NCBI RefSeq assembly: GCF_026626585.1
Contig: NZ_JAPNKD010000014.1
Coordinates: 221,207 to 285,206 of the forward strand
DNA: 64,000 nucleotides
Origin: Nannocystis sp. ILAH1
GTDB lineage: Bacteria; Myxococcota_A; Polyangia; Nannocystales; Nannocystaceae
Reading direction: 5' to 3'
The notes beneath the pieces were generated by a model, which was given only the letters and a program-made list of their open reading frames with translations, searched no databases and was not told the origin of the DNA. A program made the position numbers and the translations under genes. This document shows positions 39,065 to 49,119 of this stretch, in pieces. Numbering within the stretch: the stretch's first letter is position 1; every line of letters starts with the position of its first letter.

Positions 39065-39637
39065 GCCGGACAGGGTCACGTACAGCACGGGGACGGCGAT
39101 CCCGAGCAGGACGAGCACGCCGCCGCGGCCGACCAGGCCCTTGCGGCCGGGCAACATGAACAGGCCCGAGGCGGCGAGGAACAGCAGGAACACGGCGTAG
39201 CCGTCGGCGATGTAGGTCCAGGCCTTCTTGCCGCGGTTCAGGTGCAGCCAGTTGGCGACGCGCAGCAAGAGGCGCGGGCGCTGGCCGTCCTCGAGGACGA
39301 CGCCGCTGTCGAGGTCGACGTGGAGGGTGCTGCCGTCGAGGAGGATCGACAGCTCGCGCGCGTCGCTGCGGTAGACCTCGGTCGGCGGGTCTTGGATGGA
39401 GAGCTCGGCGAGGACCTTGTCGGCGGCGGCGCGGTCGTCCTCGGGCAGCGGCACGGCGACCTGGTGGCGCGCCTCGTAGTTGTCGAAGTTCGGGTCCCAG
39501 TCGGCGATGTGATTGACCGCGAGGCCCGACAGCGCGTAGACGAAGGTGAGGCCGACGGCGACGTAGCCTATGTCGCGGTGGAGGGCGCGCAGCCAGGGCC
39601 GCCAGCGGACCGGGCGCCGGCGCTCGGGCTCAGGCAT
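39056..39637 (-). CDS. PepSY-associated TM helix membrane protein
   Basis: three TM helices with PepSY_TM-like spacing; start overlaps stop of the MsrP-like gene. Confidence 0.55.
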   Translation of the reverse strand: MPEPERRRPVRWRPWLRALHRDIGYVAVGLTFVYALSGLAVNHIADWDPNFDNYEARHQVAVPLPEDDRAAADKVLAELSIQDPPTEVYRSDARELSILLDGSTLHVDLDSGVVLEDGQRPRLLLRVANWLHLNRGKKAWTYIADGYAVFLLFLAASGLFMLPGRKGLVGRGGVLVLLGIAVPVLYVTLSGGP

Positions 39638-40376
39638 AGCGCTCTTCCTTCCACGGGTCGGCGTGGTTGTGATAGCCGCGGGTCTCCCAGTAGCCGGGCT
39701 CGTCGCGGGCGACGAACTTGATGCCGGTCAGCCACTTGGTGCTCTTCCAGAAGTAGAGGCCCGGCACCATGGCGCGCACCGGGCTGCCGTGCGGGCGCGC
39801 GAGCGGCTTGCCGGCGTGGCGGTGGGCGACCAGGACATCGGGCGCGAGCGCCTCGGCGAGCAGGACGTTGGCGGTGTAGCCGTGGGCGCCCTCGAACACG
39901 ACGTGGCGCGCGGTCTTCTTGAGGCCTGCCTTTTCGGCCAGGTGACTGACGCGCACGCCCTTCCACGCCGCGCCGAGCAGCGACCAGCCGGTGACGCAGT
40001 GGACGTCGGCTTCGACCTCGGTCTGCGGCTCGGCGAGCAGGCCGTTCCAGTCGAGCTCGAACGGCTTCTCGACCTCGCCGTAGATCTTGATCTTGACGTC
40101 GGCGGGGCTCGGCGAGCCTGGCACGCCGCCCATCGGCCGCAGCGCCTCGAGCACGCGCTGGCCGGGCGGGAGGCGCGGGCGGCCGTCGGCGAGGGTCATG
40201 GCCTTGGCCTCGCGCGTGAGGCGGTCGTTCAGGACCCACAACATGCCGCCGCCCATGGCGGCGACGACGGTGCCGCTGGCGGCGCGGGCGAGGAAGTCGC
40301 GCCGGCTCATGGCGGCGGAGACGGCGGGAGGCAGCGGGCGAGAGGCGGACATCGTTCGACCTTCCGGCTCGGACAA
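39630..40376 (-). CDS. sulfite-oxidase-family molybdopterin oxidoreductase (MsrP/YedY-like)
   Basis: Tat signal SRRDFLARAASG; PGQ; VHCVTGWS molybdopterin-Cys block; ~250 aa. Confidence 0.75.
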   Translation of the reverse strand: MSEPEGRTMSASRPLPPAVSAAMSRRDFLARAASGTVVAAMGGGMLWVLNDRLTREAKAMTLADGRPRLPPGQRVLEALRPMGGVPGSPSPADVKIKIYGEVEKPFELDWNGLLAEPQTEVEADVHCVTGWSLLGAAWKGVRVSHLAEKAGLKKTARHVVFEGAHGYTANVLLAEALAPDVLVAHRHAGKPLARPHGSPVRAMVPGLYFWKSTKWLTGIKFVARDEPGYWETRGYHNHADPWKEERYA

Positions 40377-40395
40377 CGCGGGGCCCCGGCGAGTG

Positions 40396-40800
40396 TTACG
40401 TCGGGGGGCGGACCCGCAGCCGCAGAGTACCGTCGGCCGCCTGGGTGGTGTCGACGGCCAGGCCGGCGGCGCTCGCCGCGGCGCGCACGCGGGCGGTCGC
40501 CAGCGCCCGGGTGAGCGGGGCCACCAGGCGCTCGGCCAGGACTGCGCGATCGTGCTCGCCGCACACCAGGACGAAGGTGCTGCCGGCCGCGCGCAGGCCG
40601 AAATCGGCGACGGCCGTCAGCGTGCCGGCGGGCAGGCGCAGGTCGACCGGCTCGCCGGCGCACTCGAAGTTGCCCTCGAGCATGAGGCCGCCGGGGATCT
40701 CCGCGACCTCGGCGCGAAGCCCCAGCTCGCTCAGCGCGGCCTCCAAATCAGCCCGCGCGAGCTCGCGGGCGCCGAGGTCGAGGCGGACGTAGCGGCTCAT
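40396..40800 (-). CDS. hypothetical protein (134 aa)
   Basis: start overlaps stop of upstream small gene (ATGA). Confidence 0.4.
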   Translation of the reverse strand: MSRYVRLDLGARELARADLEAALSELGLRAEVAEIPGGLMLEGNFECAGEPVDLRLPAGTLTAVADFGLRAAGSTFVLVCGEHDRAVLAERLVAPLTRALATARVRAAASAAGLAVDTTQAADGTLRLRVRPPT

Positions 40801-40979
40801 GGCTTGCTGTCCTTCGGGGCATGGCACAAAGGACATGTCTCTTCGGCCTGGCGCACCAGCCAGCCGCAGCGCGCGCAGGCGGCCGCGGGGGTCGGCTCGG
40901 GCAGGTCGGCGACGGCGACAGGCTCGTCCAGCGCGGGCAGCTCGAGCTGCTGCTGGGCGAGGTTGCGCGCGCGGGACAC
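40797..40979 (-). CDS. small zinc-ribbon-like protein (60 aa, CxxC...CxxC)
   Basis: CARCGW...CPLCH. Confidence 0.4.
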   Translation of the reverse strand: MSRARNLAQQQLELPALDEPVAVADLPEPTPAAACARCGWLVRQAEETCPLCHAPKDSKP

Positions 40980-41076
40980 GGCCAGAGGCTGACCCGAGCG
41001 GGCCGGCCTGGCAAATTCTCGCCGGATGAGCGCGCCGGGGGCCGTGCAGGAGCGCGCTCAGGGCGAGCAGGACGGC

Positions 41077-41808
41077 TCAGGTGCGGCCGGCCGCGGGCTG
41101 GCCGGCCAGGCCCTCGGTCGCCCACAGGACGGCGAGGCGGCGCAGCTGGTGCGCGCTGTGGGCCCCGAGCTTGAGCTTGAGGTTGGACTGATGGGTCTCG
41201 ACGGTCTTGATCGAGATCTTGAGCGACTCGGCGATGTTGCGGGTGTCGTGCCCGCGGCCGAGCAGCTCGAACACCTCGAGCTCGCGGTCGCTGAGGTTCT
41301 CGATGCCGGTGCCGGCCCGCGGGCGCGAGACCATGGCGTTGAGCATCGTCTCGGCCAGCTGCTCGCTCACCGCCAGCTCGCCCTTCAGCGACTTGCGGAT
41401 GGCGCCGACGATCCGCTCGGCCGGCACGTGCTTCATCAGGTAGCCGTGCGCGCCGGCCCGCAGCACCCGCTCGCCGAACAGCTGCTCGTCGTGCATCGAC
41501 AGCACCAGCAGCTTGAGCTCGGGCCAGGCGGCGCGGATCTGCTTGATCAGATCGATGCCGCTGCCGGTCTTGAGCGAGAGGTCGACGACCGCGAGGTCGA
41601 CGGGCTTCTCGCGCAGGATCGCCAGGGCGGCCTCGGCGTCCTCGGCCTCACCGACGATCTCCAGGTCGGCCTCGGCTCCGAGGAGCTGCGACAGGCCGAG
41701 GCGGAAGATCGGGTGATCGTCGACGAGGAGGACCCGCGCCGGCGACGAGGGCTGGTCCGCGGGTCCTGTTCCTTGAGACAGGGGAGTGATCGGCGGCTGC
41801 ACGGTCAT
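41077..41808 (-). CDS. NarL/FixJ-family response regulator (REC + LuxR HTH)
   Basis: VLLVDDHP...D receiver, LSDRELEVFELLGRGHDTRNIAESL...KTVETH HTH; no kinase gene adjacent. Confidence 0.85.
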   Translation of the reverse strand: MTVQPPITPLSQGTGPADQPSSPARVLLVDDHPIFRLGLSQLLGAEADLEIVGEAEDAEAALAILREKPVDLAVVDLSLKTGSGIDLIKQIRAAWPELKLLVLSMHDEQLFGERVLRAGAHGYLMKHVPAERIVGAIRKSLKGELAVSEQLAETMLNAMVSRPRAGTGIENLSDRELEVFELLGRGHDTRNIAESLKISIKTVETHQSNLKLKLGAHSAHQLRRLAVLWATEGLAGQPAAGRT

Positions 41809-42087
41809 AATGAGCGCTCGTACAATATCCCATAGCCGTGATCGCAGTGTCACGCACCTGGAGTTCGCAGGATGGGTAGGACGTGAGCACGCAAATTCCC
41901 ACAAGGCTCGCAGCAGGTTTGGCGGTGCGAGTCACGTTCGCTCGCGACATCGTGCTCACTTGAATTGTGTTCAACAGCACACCGTGCGAACCGCTGTTCG
42001 CCGGCCATCCTCGGGCGATTGGCGCGGTTGTGCAGACATTGCGCGACCGCGGGCCACGCACCGTATTGAAACTTTAAGACAGGTTCT

Positions 42088-43584
42088 TCAAGCCCTGCGG
42101 GCCGCAGCGCTCGCCCACGCACGCAGGGCCGTGATTTCGCCGGCACGACTGCGACTCAACGGGATGGTCGCGGTGAGCGCGCGAGCGAGGTCGCGGCGCG
42201 CGAGCGGTCGCGACTCGGCGAACGCGTCGAGGCGAGCTTCCACGATCGCGCCCTCGATCTCGGCGCCCGAGAGTCCGTCGGCCGCGCGTACGAGGTCGAC
42301 GAGGTCGGGCAACGGATCAGCGAGGACCGGGGCGGCGCCCATGTGCGAGCGGGGCGCATGCTCGAGATGGATCTCCGCGATGGCAGCGCGTTCGTCCGCG
42401 TCGGGCAGGTCGACGAAGAAGATCTCGTCGAGACGGCCCCGACGTGTCAGCTCGGGCGGCAGGCGCGTGACCTGATTGGCGGTGGCGACCACGAACACCG
42501 GACGTCGGCGCTCCTGCAGCCACGTCAGCAGCCCGCCCAGCACTCGCGCCGCGGTGCCGCCGTCGCTCGCCGGGCCCTCGCTGCCGGCCAGGCCCTTGTC
42601 GAGCTCGTCGATCCACAGCGCGACCGGAGCGATGCGCTCGACCGTCGCGGTGACGCGGCGCAGGTTGGCCTCGCTCTCGCCGAGCGTGCCGCCGTAGAGC
42701 CGGCCCGGCTCCAGCCGCAGGAGGCCGAGGCCGAGCGCGTGGGCGCAGACGCGGGCGGCCAGGCTCTTGCCGCAGCCCTGCACGCCGACGAGCAGGACGC
42801 CGCGCGGGTCGGGGATCGCCGCGGCGCGGGCCTCGGGGCGGAGGGCGAGCGCGCGGCGGGCCAGCCACTGCTTGAGCTGCGCGAGGCCGCCGAGCATGTC
42901 TGAAGAGACAGGTTCGACGCGCTCGAGCAGGCCGCCGCGGCGCAGCAGCTCGGCCTTGCCGGCGCCCAGCTCGGCGAGCGCGGCGTCGTCGGCGGGGACG
43001 TGGGCGGCGCGGCGCAGCAGTCGACGGGCCTGGTGCTCGGACAGGCCGAGAGCGGCGTGGGCGAGCTGCGGCGCGCGACGGTCGAGCGCGGCGGCGGGGC
43101 CGGGGCGGCCGGCGATCCGCAGCTCGTCGACGAGGTCGGCCGCGAGGCCGGTGAGCTCGTCGGTGTCGGGCAGCTCGAGCTCCAGCAGCTCGAGCTCGGG
43201 GATGGCGACGAGCGCAGGCGCGAGGTCGCCGACGACGACGACCGCGGGACCGACGCTGCGCTGCGCGAGCTCGCGGAGGGCCCGCAGGGCGACGGGCTCG
43301 AGCGGGGGCGGATCGAGCAGCACCCACAGACCGGGATCGGGGTCGCGCAGGAGGCCGCGCAGGAGGTCGAGCAGCGGCTCGGGCGCGCCGAGGCCGTCGC
43401 GCCCGCCGGCGGCGCTCCAGGTGTGGACGGGCCAGTCGAGCCGCTCGCCTGTGTCCTCGCACAGCCGCAGCGCCCGCGCCTCGTCGACCGCGCGCAGGCC
43501 GAGGCCGCGGGCGCCGGCCTGCAGCGCCTCGCGCAGGCGGGTGCGCGCGCGCGCGAACGGAGTGTCTTTCGGGTCATGTCTCAC
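42088..43584 (-). CDS. AAA+ ATPase family protein
   Basis: Walker A GVQGCGKS, Walker B LWIDELD, sensor/arginine-finger region ATANQVTRLPPELTRRGRLDE; GTG start overlapping upstream stop. Confidence 0.75.
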   Translation of the reverse strand: MRHDPKDTPFARARTRLREALQAGARGLGLRAVDEARALRLCEDTGERLDWPVHTWSAAGGRDGLGAPEPLLDLLRGLLRDPDPGLWVLLDPPPLEPVALRALRELAQRSVGPAVVVVGDLAPALVAIPELELLELELPDTDELTGLAADLVDELRIAGRPGPAAALDRRAPQLAHAALGLSEHQARRLLRRAAHVPADDAALAELGAGKAELLRRGGLLERVEPVSSDMLGGLAQLKQWLARRALALRPEARAAAIPDPRGVLLVGVQGCGKSLAARVCAHALGLGLLRLEPGRLYGGTLGESEANLRRVTATVERIAPVALWIDELDKGLAGSEGPASDGGTAARVLGGLLTWLQERRRPVFVVATANQVTRLPPELTRRGRLDEIFFVDLPDADERAAIAEIHLEHAPRSHMGAAPVLADPLPDLVDLVRAADGLSGAEIEGAIVEARLDAFAESRPLARRDLARALTATIPLSRSRAGEITALRAWASAAARRA

Positions 43585-44324
43585 GGGGCATGTCCCTCAG
43601 ACCATGTCAGCCACGCGACCAGCAGGTGGCCCTGAGCGGCGACCGACACCGGGCCGTCGTCAGGGAAGCAGAAGCCGTTCAGCCACAGGCGGGCGCCGCG
43701 GAGGCGCGCGAGGCGGCCGTGGAGCAGCGCGAGGTCGGCGGCGCAGGCGCGGGCGAGCTCGGCGCGCGGGCGCGGCGGGATCGTGTCTGGCCAAAAGGAC
43801 AGGCGGTAGGCGGGCTTGCCGTCGACGCGGAGGACGTCGAGCCGGAGGGCGCCGCTCGGATCGGCGGCGACCAGCTGGGCGCGCCGCAGCAGGTCCGGGA
43901 ACGGCCGCGCTCGCGAGCCGCGGAAGTCGAGGGCGAAGAACACCGGCGCCGCGGCGGAGCCGGGCAGGGCGCGGGTGAGGCCGCGGGCGAGGGCCCGGGC
44001 GGCCGCCTCGAGCGCGCCGGGGACCTGCGGCAGGGTGAGCAGGCCGGCCACCGCGGCGGGGCTGCCTGCGGCCGCGAGGGCGGCCACGACGGCCCGCAGG
44101 CGGCCCGGGGCGCGCGGCGCCAGGGCCACCAGGCGGGCGACGGCGGGCTCGTCGAACTCGCCGCGGGCGAGCAGGTCGTCGAGCTCGCGCAGGGCGTCGT
44201 CGGCGTCGCCGGTGGCGGGCGGAGTGGGGACCAACCAGAGGTGCGGGCCGGCCTGGTCGCGGGCGCGGTCGAGGGCCGCGAGGGTGTCCGATGGGACAGG
44301 TCCGTCCGAGCGCCGGCCGCTCAC
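43581..44324 (-). CDS. hypothetical protein translationally coupled to the AAA+ ATPase
   Basis: 247 aa, no motif; GTGA junction. Confidence 0.45.
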   Translation of the reverse strand: MSGRRSDGPVPSDTLAALDRARDQAGPHLWLVPTPPATGDADDALRELDDLLARGEFDEPAVARLVALAPRAPGRLRAVVAALAAAGSPAAVAGLLTLPQVPGALEAAARALARGLTRALPGSAAAPVFFALDFRGSRARPFPDLLRRAQLVAADPSGALRLDVLRVDGKPAYRLSFWPDTIPPRPRAELARACAADLALLHGRLARLRGARLWLNGFCFPDDGPVSVAAQGHLLVAWLTWSEGHAP

Positions 44325-44325
44325 G

Positions 44326-44802
44326 TCACCGCTCCCGCATGGCCCTGTCGATCTCGCGCTTCTGCTCGCGCTCCTTGATCGAGGCCCGCTTGTCGTAGGT
44401 CTTCTTGCCGCGGCACAGCGCCATCTCGAGCTTGATCCGGCCGTTGCGGGCCAGCAGCGCGAGCGGGATCAGCGTGAGCCCGGCCTGGTCGACCGCCTCG
44501 GTCAGGTGGTCGAGCTCCTTGCGGTGCAGCAGCAGCTTGCGCGGGCGCAGCGGCAGGTGGTTGCGGTCGTGCGCCTGCGTGTACTCGCCGATGTGCGATT
44601 GATAGAGGAAGAGCTGGTCGCCCTGGAACTGGCAGTACGACTCGCCCAGGCTGGCGCGGCCGTCGCGGATCGACTTGACCTCGCTGCCCATGAGCGCGAG
44701 GCCGGCCTCGTAGCGCTCGAGGACCTCGTACTCGAAGGTGGCTCGGCGGTTCTGGACGAAGATGTGGCCGTCCTTCGTCGCGGTCTTGTCGGTCTTCTTC
44801 AC
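44326..44802 (-). CDS. smpB: SsrA-binding protein
   Basis: NRRATFEYEVLERYEAGLAL..GSEVKS and C-terminal basic tail. Confidence 0.9.
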   Translation of the reverse strand: MKKTDKTATKDGHIFVQNRRATFEYEVLERYEAGLALMGSEVKSIRDGRASLGESYCQFQGDQLFLYQSHIGEYTQAHDRNHLPLRPRKLLLHRKELDHLTEAVDQAGLTLIPLALLARNGRIKLEMALCRGKKTYDKRASIKEREQKREIDRAMRER

Positions 44803-44817
44803 GGCGGGGGTGGAAAG

Positions 44818-45498
44818 CTACAAAGCGGACCGCAGGAGGGCAAGCCCGGCGGCGCGGGCGGCCCCTGCGGCCCGTATGGCGGCGAGGCAGGCGGTCAGGG
44901 TGGCGCCGGTGGTGGTCACGTCGTCGACCACGAGGACGCGCCGGCCGACGAGCGACCGCCCGGCCCGCACGACGATCGCGCCCGCCAGGTTGTCGCGGCG
45001 CGCCGGACCGTCGAGCTCGCTCTGCGGCGGCGTGGCGCGCGTGCGCTGCAGGAGCCGCGGGTCGAGGCGGGCGCCGGTCGGGTGCTCGCGGGCGGCCCAG
45101 CGAGCCAGCAAGGCGGCCTGGTTGAAGCCGCGGGCGAGGGCGCGGCGCCAGTGCAGGGGCACCGGCGCGACGAGATCCCAGCCCTCGCGCCACACCGACG
45201 CGTGGGCGAGGAGCCGGCCCAGCGGCCCGGCGAGCTCGAGCTCGCCGACGAATTTGAGCCGCCGGACGGCCGCGGCGAGCGGGCCGTCATAAAGGAAGCA
45301 GGCCTCCACGTCGCCGACGCGCCGCGCGGCCGGGTCGAGCAGCGCGAGCTCGGGAGCGCAGCGACTGCACAGGGGCGGCATGCCCCCGGTGGGCGGGGCC
45401 CGGAGGAGGTGACGACAGGCGATGCACACCGGCGGCGCGAGGAAGTCGAGGACCACACGGAGAGGTCGTGCGAACCGCCGTCGTTGTTGCACGCGCAA
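44818..45498 (-). CDS. comF: ComF family protein (zinc ribbon + phosphoribosyltransferase domain)
   Basis: N-terminal CxxC...CxxC, C-terminal PRT loop VLVVDDVTTTGATL. Confidence 0.75.
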   Translation of the reverse strand: MRVQQRRRFARPLRVVLDFLAPPVCIACRHLLRAPPTGGMPPLCSRCAPELALLDPAARRVGDVEACFLYDGPLAAAVRRLKFVGELELAGPLGRLLAHASVWREGWDLVAPVPLHWRRALARGFNQAALLARWAAREHPTGARLDPRLLQRTRATPPQSELDGPARRDNLAGAIVVRAGRSLVGRRVLVVDDVTTTGATLTACLAAIRAAGAARAAGLALLRSAL

Positions 45499-45735
45499 GA
45501 GATCGCGCTGGAGATCGCGTCGAATTCGCAGCGCAAGAGGCGTGTGAAGATCATTTCGCCGTGCGATGCAAGCAGGCGGTCATGCGCACGATCGGCGCCG
45601 ACGCCGAGAAATTCGCCGGATCTGCGGCGATGCTCGCGATCCACGGCGGAGGAAGACGCACACATCGTCGCTGGGCGTGATCTGGCGTGCAAATCGCGGC
45701 AGTGGGCGGCACGCTAATTCCAAGGAGGCCGCGTC

Positions 45736-46263
45736 ATGCTCGCACACGATCTCGGATCTCTCAGCGTCGGAACGGTCTTGACGACTTCTACCTTCACGGT
45801 GAAGCCGGCCGATCTGACTGCGCATGTGGAGTCCAGCTTCTTGGGACAGGTAGTGGGTTGCGGAGAGGAGATGCTGTCGACCGGGAGCGTGTCCGGCGGC
45901 GGCGCGCCGGAGCCGTGGGGTCGAGTTTGTCCGCTGCCGGTCGCGTTCGGTCGGGCGCTGTCGGCCCTGGCCCACAGCGAGCCGTTCCGCGACGTCGCGC
46001 TCACGCTGCGCAGCATCAGCCGCGTGCGGCGCTTCGGTGAGGTGCTGGTGGGGGAGCCGCTGACTGCGATCGCGACGGTGCGCTTCCGCAGCGGCAGAGT
46101 ACCGAATGCGACGCACGTGACGCTCGCCGTAGAAGTTCACCGCGAGAGCCAACGCGGCCGCGTCGGCGCGACCGCGCTGAGCTTCGAGGTCGGGCTCGAG
46201 CTGCGATCGCTGGCGAGCGCCGCTGCAGAGGTGCAGATGGCTGGCGGCGCCGCCGCCGCGTGA
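45736..46263 (+). CDS. hypothetical protein, possible hotdog fold
   Basis: AAGGAGG 7 nt upstream of ATG; no firm motif. Confidence 0.4.
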   Translation: MLAHDLGSLSVGTVLTTSTFTVKPADLTAHVESSFLGQVVGCGEEMLSTGSVSGGGAPEPWGRVCPLPVAFGRALSALAHSEPFRDVALTLRSISRVRRFGEVLVGEPLTAIATVRFRSGRVPNATHVTLAVEVHRESQRGRVGATALSFEVGLELRSLASAAAEVQMAGGAAAA

Positions 46264-46557
46264 GGCCTGCTTTCGTGCCACTTTGGCCCGGTTCGCCGCG
46301 CCGCGTCATGGTTTTCGGACCATGTCTCAAGATGCAGTCCGTCGCACGCCGTCGCGGTCCTCTGCCGCACGCGACCTGCGCAGTGGCCCGCGGTCCGGTA
46401 GCGCCGCTGGGTGGTCTTTGAGACAGAGGCCGACGGGGCCTGCGCCAGGCTACGCGGCGCGTTTCCGCGCGAGGGCCGAGATAATCTTCTCGGCCACGAT
46501 CGGGTGCGCATCAGCTTGCCAAGGCGGATCCCCTGTGTGACCTTCAGTCTGCGGCGC

Positions 46558-47652
46558 ATGCTCTACGAGGACCGCTACAAGCTGATTTTGGCCGCGTGCC
46601 AGGACATTCGCCGGCATCGCGAGCAGGTCGCCAAGACGGTGATAGCGAGCCAGCTCCTCGACGCCCTCGACGTCGATGTCCCGAGCGACGCGCTGTTGTC
46701 CCACATCGTCGCCGAGTCGCTGTTGCGACGGATCGACCGCAACCTGCTGTCGGGGCGGAACTTGTACCTGCAAGCCGAGAAGCGGCCGCAGATCGACCTG
46801 TTCACGCTGCTGCAGCGGGCGATCCCGGCGGTGCCGCAGGGCTACGCGCTGGCCAACCAGTACCTCGTTCACGCGATGCGGCAGTCGAGCACGCCGGCGC
46901 TGCTCGAGATCGGGATCGGCAAGGGCCTGCAGATCGTCGCGCTGCTGCGGGCGCTCGCGCGCGATCCCGGCAAGATCGAGCGCCTCCGCGTGATCGCGCT
47001 GGAGCCGAACCGCACCGCCCTGAACGAGGGCGTGGCCGCGATCGACGAGGTCCGCGCCGAGCTGCCGTTCGACATCGAGATCTATCCGCTGGTCAAGCTG
47101 ATCGAGGTCTGCGAGGATGCCGACTACGCGCACTTCGAGGCGCTCGCCGAGGGGAGCTTGTCGATCAACGCGGCCTACACGCTGCACCACACCACGGGCC
47201 CCGACAGCGACGCGCGCACCCGCCTGCTGCGGCGGCTGCGGGCCCTGAGGCCGCGGGTGTTCACGCTGGTGGAGCCGAGCTCGGACCACGACACCGAGCA
47301 CCTGACCCGGCGCATGCATCACTGTTGGCAGCACTTCGCGACGGTGTTCGATCTGGTCGACCGCAGCGACGCGTCCCCGGACGAGAAGTTCGCCATCAAG
47401 GAGGGCTTCTTCGGCCGCGAGGTCCGCGACATCCTCGGCACCAGCGACGCCTTCCGCACCGAGCGTCACGAGACGCTCGAGTCGTGGCTGCTCCGGCTGA
47501 AGAAGTCGGGTTTCGTGCCGTACCCGGCGATCGACCTCGACGTCGATCTGCCCGAGTACTGCCGCTCCTCGGTCAGCTCCGGGCTCGTGCGGCTGTCCTA
47601 CCGCGGGGTGCCGATCATCGCGGTGTTCGCGTTCTCGGGGGAGGCGGGATGA
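46558..47652 (+). CDS. bacterial GRAS-domain protein (Rossmann/methyltransferase-like GRAS fold)
   Basis: LEIGIGKGLQIVALLRAL (VHIID-like block), RVIALEPN, C-terminal ERHETLESWLLRLKKSGF matching the plant GRAS RVERHE...AGF motif. Confidence 0.6.
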   Translation: MLYEDRYKLILAACQDIRRHREQVAKTVIASQLLDALDVDVPSDALLSHIVAESLLRRIDRNLLSGRNLYLQAEKRPQIDLFTLLQRAIPAVPQGYALANQYLVHAMRQSSTPALLEIGIGKGLQIVALLRALARDPGKIERLRVIALEPNRTALNEGVAAIDEVRAELPFDIEIYPLVKLIEVCEDADYAHFEALAEGSLSINAAYTLHHTTGPDSDARTRLLRRLRALRPRVFTLVEPSSDHDTEHLTRRMHHCWQHFATVFDLVDRSDASPDEKFAIKEGFFGREVRDILGTSDAFRTERHETLESWLLRLKKSGFVPYPAIDLDVDLPEYCRSSVSSGLVRLSYRGVPIIAVFAFSGEAG

Positions 47653-48191
47653 GCGGCGAGAGCGAGCCGAGCGAGCCGGTGGTCCACGGGGCGCTCATGG
47701 GCGGCTTCGCCCAGGCGTGCGTCAACCTCAACATCGTCGCCGGTCGACGAGCCACCGCGCTGCTGGCCGACATCGACATGGGGCGGTGGTTCCCGCTGTC
47801 GAAGTGGATGGAGATCGAGCGGATGGTCGGCGAGTCGTACGCCAACGTGGAGCCGATCCGGCTCAAGCTCGGCATCGAGATGATGCGGCTGTGGTACCAC
47901 GGCGGGCCCGGCAAGGCGCTCATCCACCGCGGCGCCGACTTCCTGCACTTTCAGACCGGCAGCCACGGCATCGCCAGCGTCATCCGTGGCCCGCGCGAGG
48001 TGGTCGGCTCGTTCGACCTCGCCGAGTTCGACTCGGACCGCGGCCACGCCGTGATCCGCTCGTCCACGCCGTTCGACAAGACGATCGAGCGCGGCGTGCT
48101 GATCGGCGGGGTGATGGCGCCCGGCGACCTCTACTACGTCGACGTGACGAACGACGGCGACCCCAACCGGCTCGTGGTGGAGTTCCACTGA
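47649..48191 (+). CDS. hypothetical protein (180 aa), possible sensor/adaptor of the module
   Basis: ATG overlaps GRAS stop (ATGA); no recognised motif. Confidence 0.45.
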   Translation: MSGESEPSEPVVHGALMGGFAQACVNLNIVAGRRATALLADIDMGRWFPLSKWMEIERMVGESYANVEPIRLKLGIEMMRLWYHGGPGKALIHRGADFLHFQTGSHGIASVIRGPREVVGSFDLAEFDSDRGHAVIRSSTPFDKTIERGVLIGGVMAPGDLYYVDVTNDGDPNRLVVEFH

Positions 48192-48192
48192 G

Positions 48193-49119
48193 ATGACGCT
48201 CGACGAGATCCTCGAGGGGCGAGACCCCGACCGCCTGTCCGAGCTGTCGCGCGAGGACATGCGCAGGCTGTTCTGGATGTACAAGGGCCTGCTCAAGCGG
48301 GTCGAGCGCGACACCGCCTACTGGCAGGCGACCAACGACAACCTGCGCACCGCGTACGAGCGGCTCGACGAGCAGGAGCGCGAGCTGGCCCGCGCCTACC
48401 AGACCATCCGCCAGGACCTCGAGATCGCCCAGCAGGTCCAGCACGCGCTGCTGCCGAAGGACCACCCGGAGATGCTCGCGCGCTTCGAGTTCTCGGTCTA
48501 CCACAAGCAGATGACCGAGGTCGGCGGCGACTACTACGACTTCTACCGCCTGCGCGACGGCAGCCACGCGATCGGCGTGTTCGACATCTCCGGCCACGGG
48601 GTGTCGGCGGCGCTGATCATGGCCTACCTCAAGGCCCAGCTGGTCCAGACGATGGAGCAGGTGTCGCGCCCGCGCGACATCGTCGAGTACCTCAACAACG
48701 CGACCGTCGGGTTCCTCCGCGAGGTCCGCCGCTACGCCACCGTCAACTTCGTCGCGTTCGGCGAGCGCACGTTCCGCTACGTGTGCGGCGGCGGCTACGG
48801 GGTGCTGGTCCGCGGCGGAGAGGTCCACACGTTCAACAAGGGCGACCCGTTCATCGGCCTGCGCCGCCGCGCGTACAGCGAGTACGAGCTGCCCTTCGAG
48901 ACAGGTGACGTGCTGGCGCTGTACACGGACGGCATGGTCGAGGCGCAGGACAGCGCGGGCGCCGACTACAGCACCCGCCGGCTGCACGAGCTCGTGCGCA
49001 CCAACTCGGAGCTGCCGGCCAATCAGATCCTTCAGCGGTGCCTCGACGACTACGGGCAGTTCCGTCGCGTCGACGCCGACGACATCACCCTCATCGTGCT
49101 GCGGAGGCGGGCGGCGTGA
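48193..49119 (+). CDS. PP2C-type serine phosphatase (SpoIIE/RsbU family)
   Basis: GGDYYDF, GVFDISGHGVSAALIMA, LYTDGMVEA, ITLIVL blocks. Confidence 0.8.
   Translation: MTLDEILEGRDPDRLSELSREDMRRLFWMYKGLLKRVERDTAYWQATNDNLRTAYERLDEQERELARAYQTIRQDLEIAQQVQHALLPKDHPEMLARFEFSVYHKQMTEVGGDYYDFYRLRDGSHAIGVFDISGHGVSAALIMAYLKAQLVQTMEQVSRPRDIVEYLNNATVGFLREVRRYATVNFVAFGERTFRYVCGGGYGVLVRGGEVHTFNKGDPFIGLRRRAYSEYELPFETGDVLALYTDGMVEAQDSAGADYSTRRLHELVRTNSELPANQILQRCLDDYGQFRRVDADDITLIVLRRRAA

Noticed and set aside
42525-43577. 350-aa ORF (MTRKTLRS...) as the AAA+ gene
   Set aside because: It is an alternative frame of the same region. The Walker A/B-containing frame is 42088..43584.
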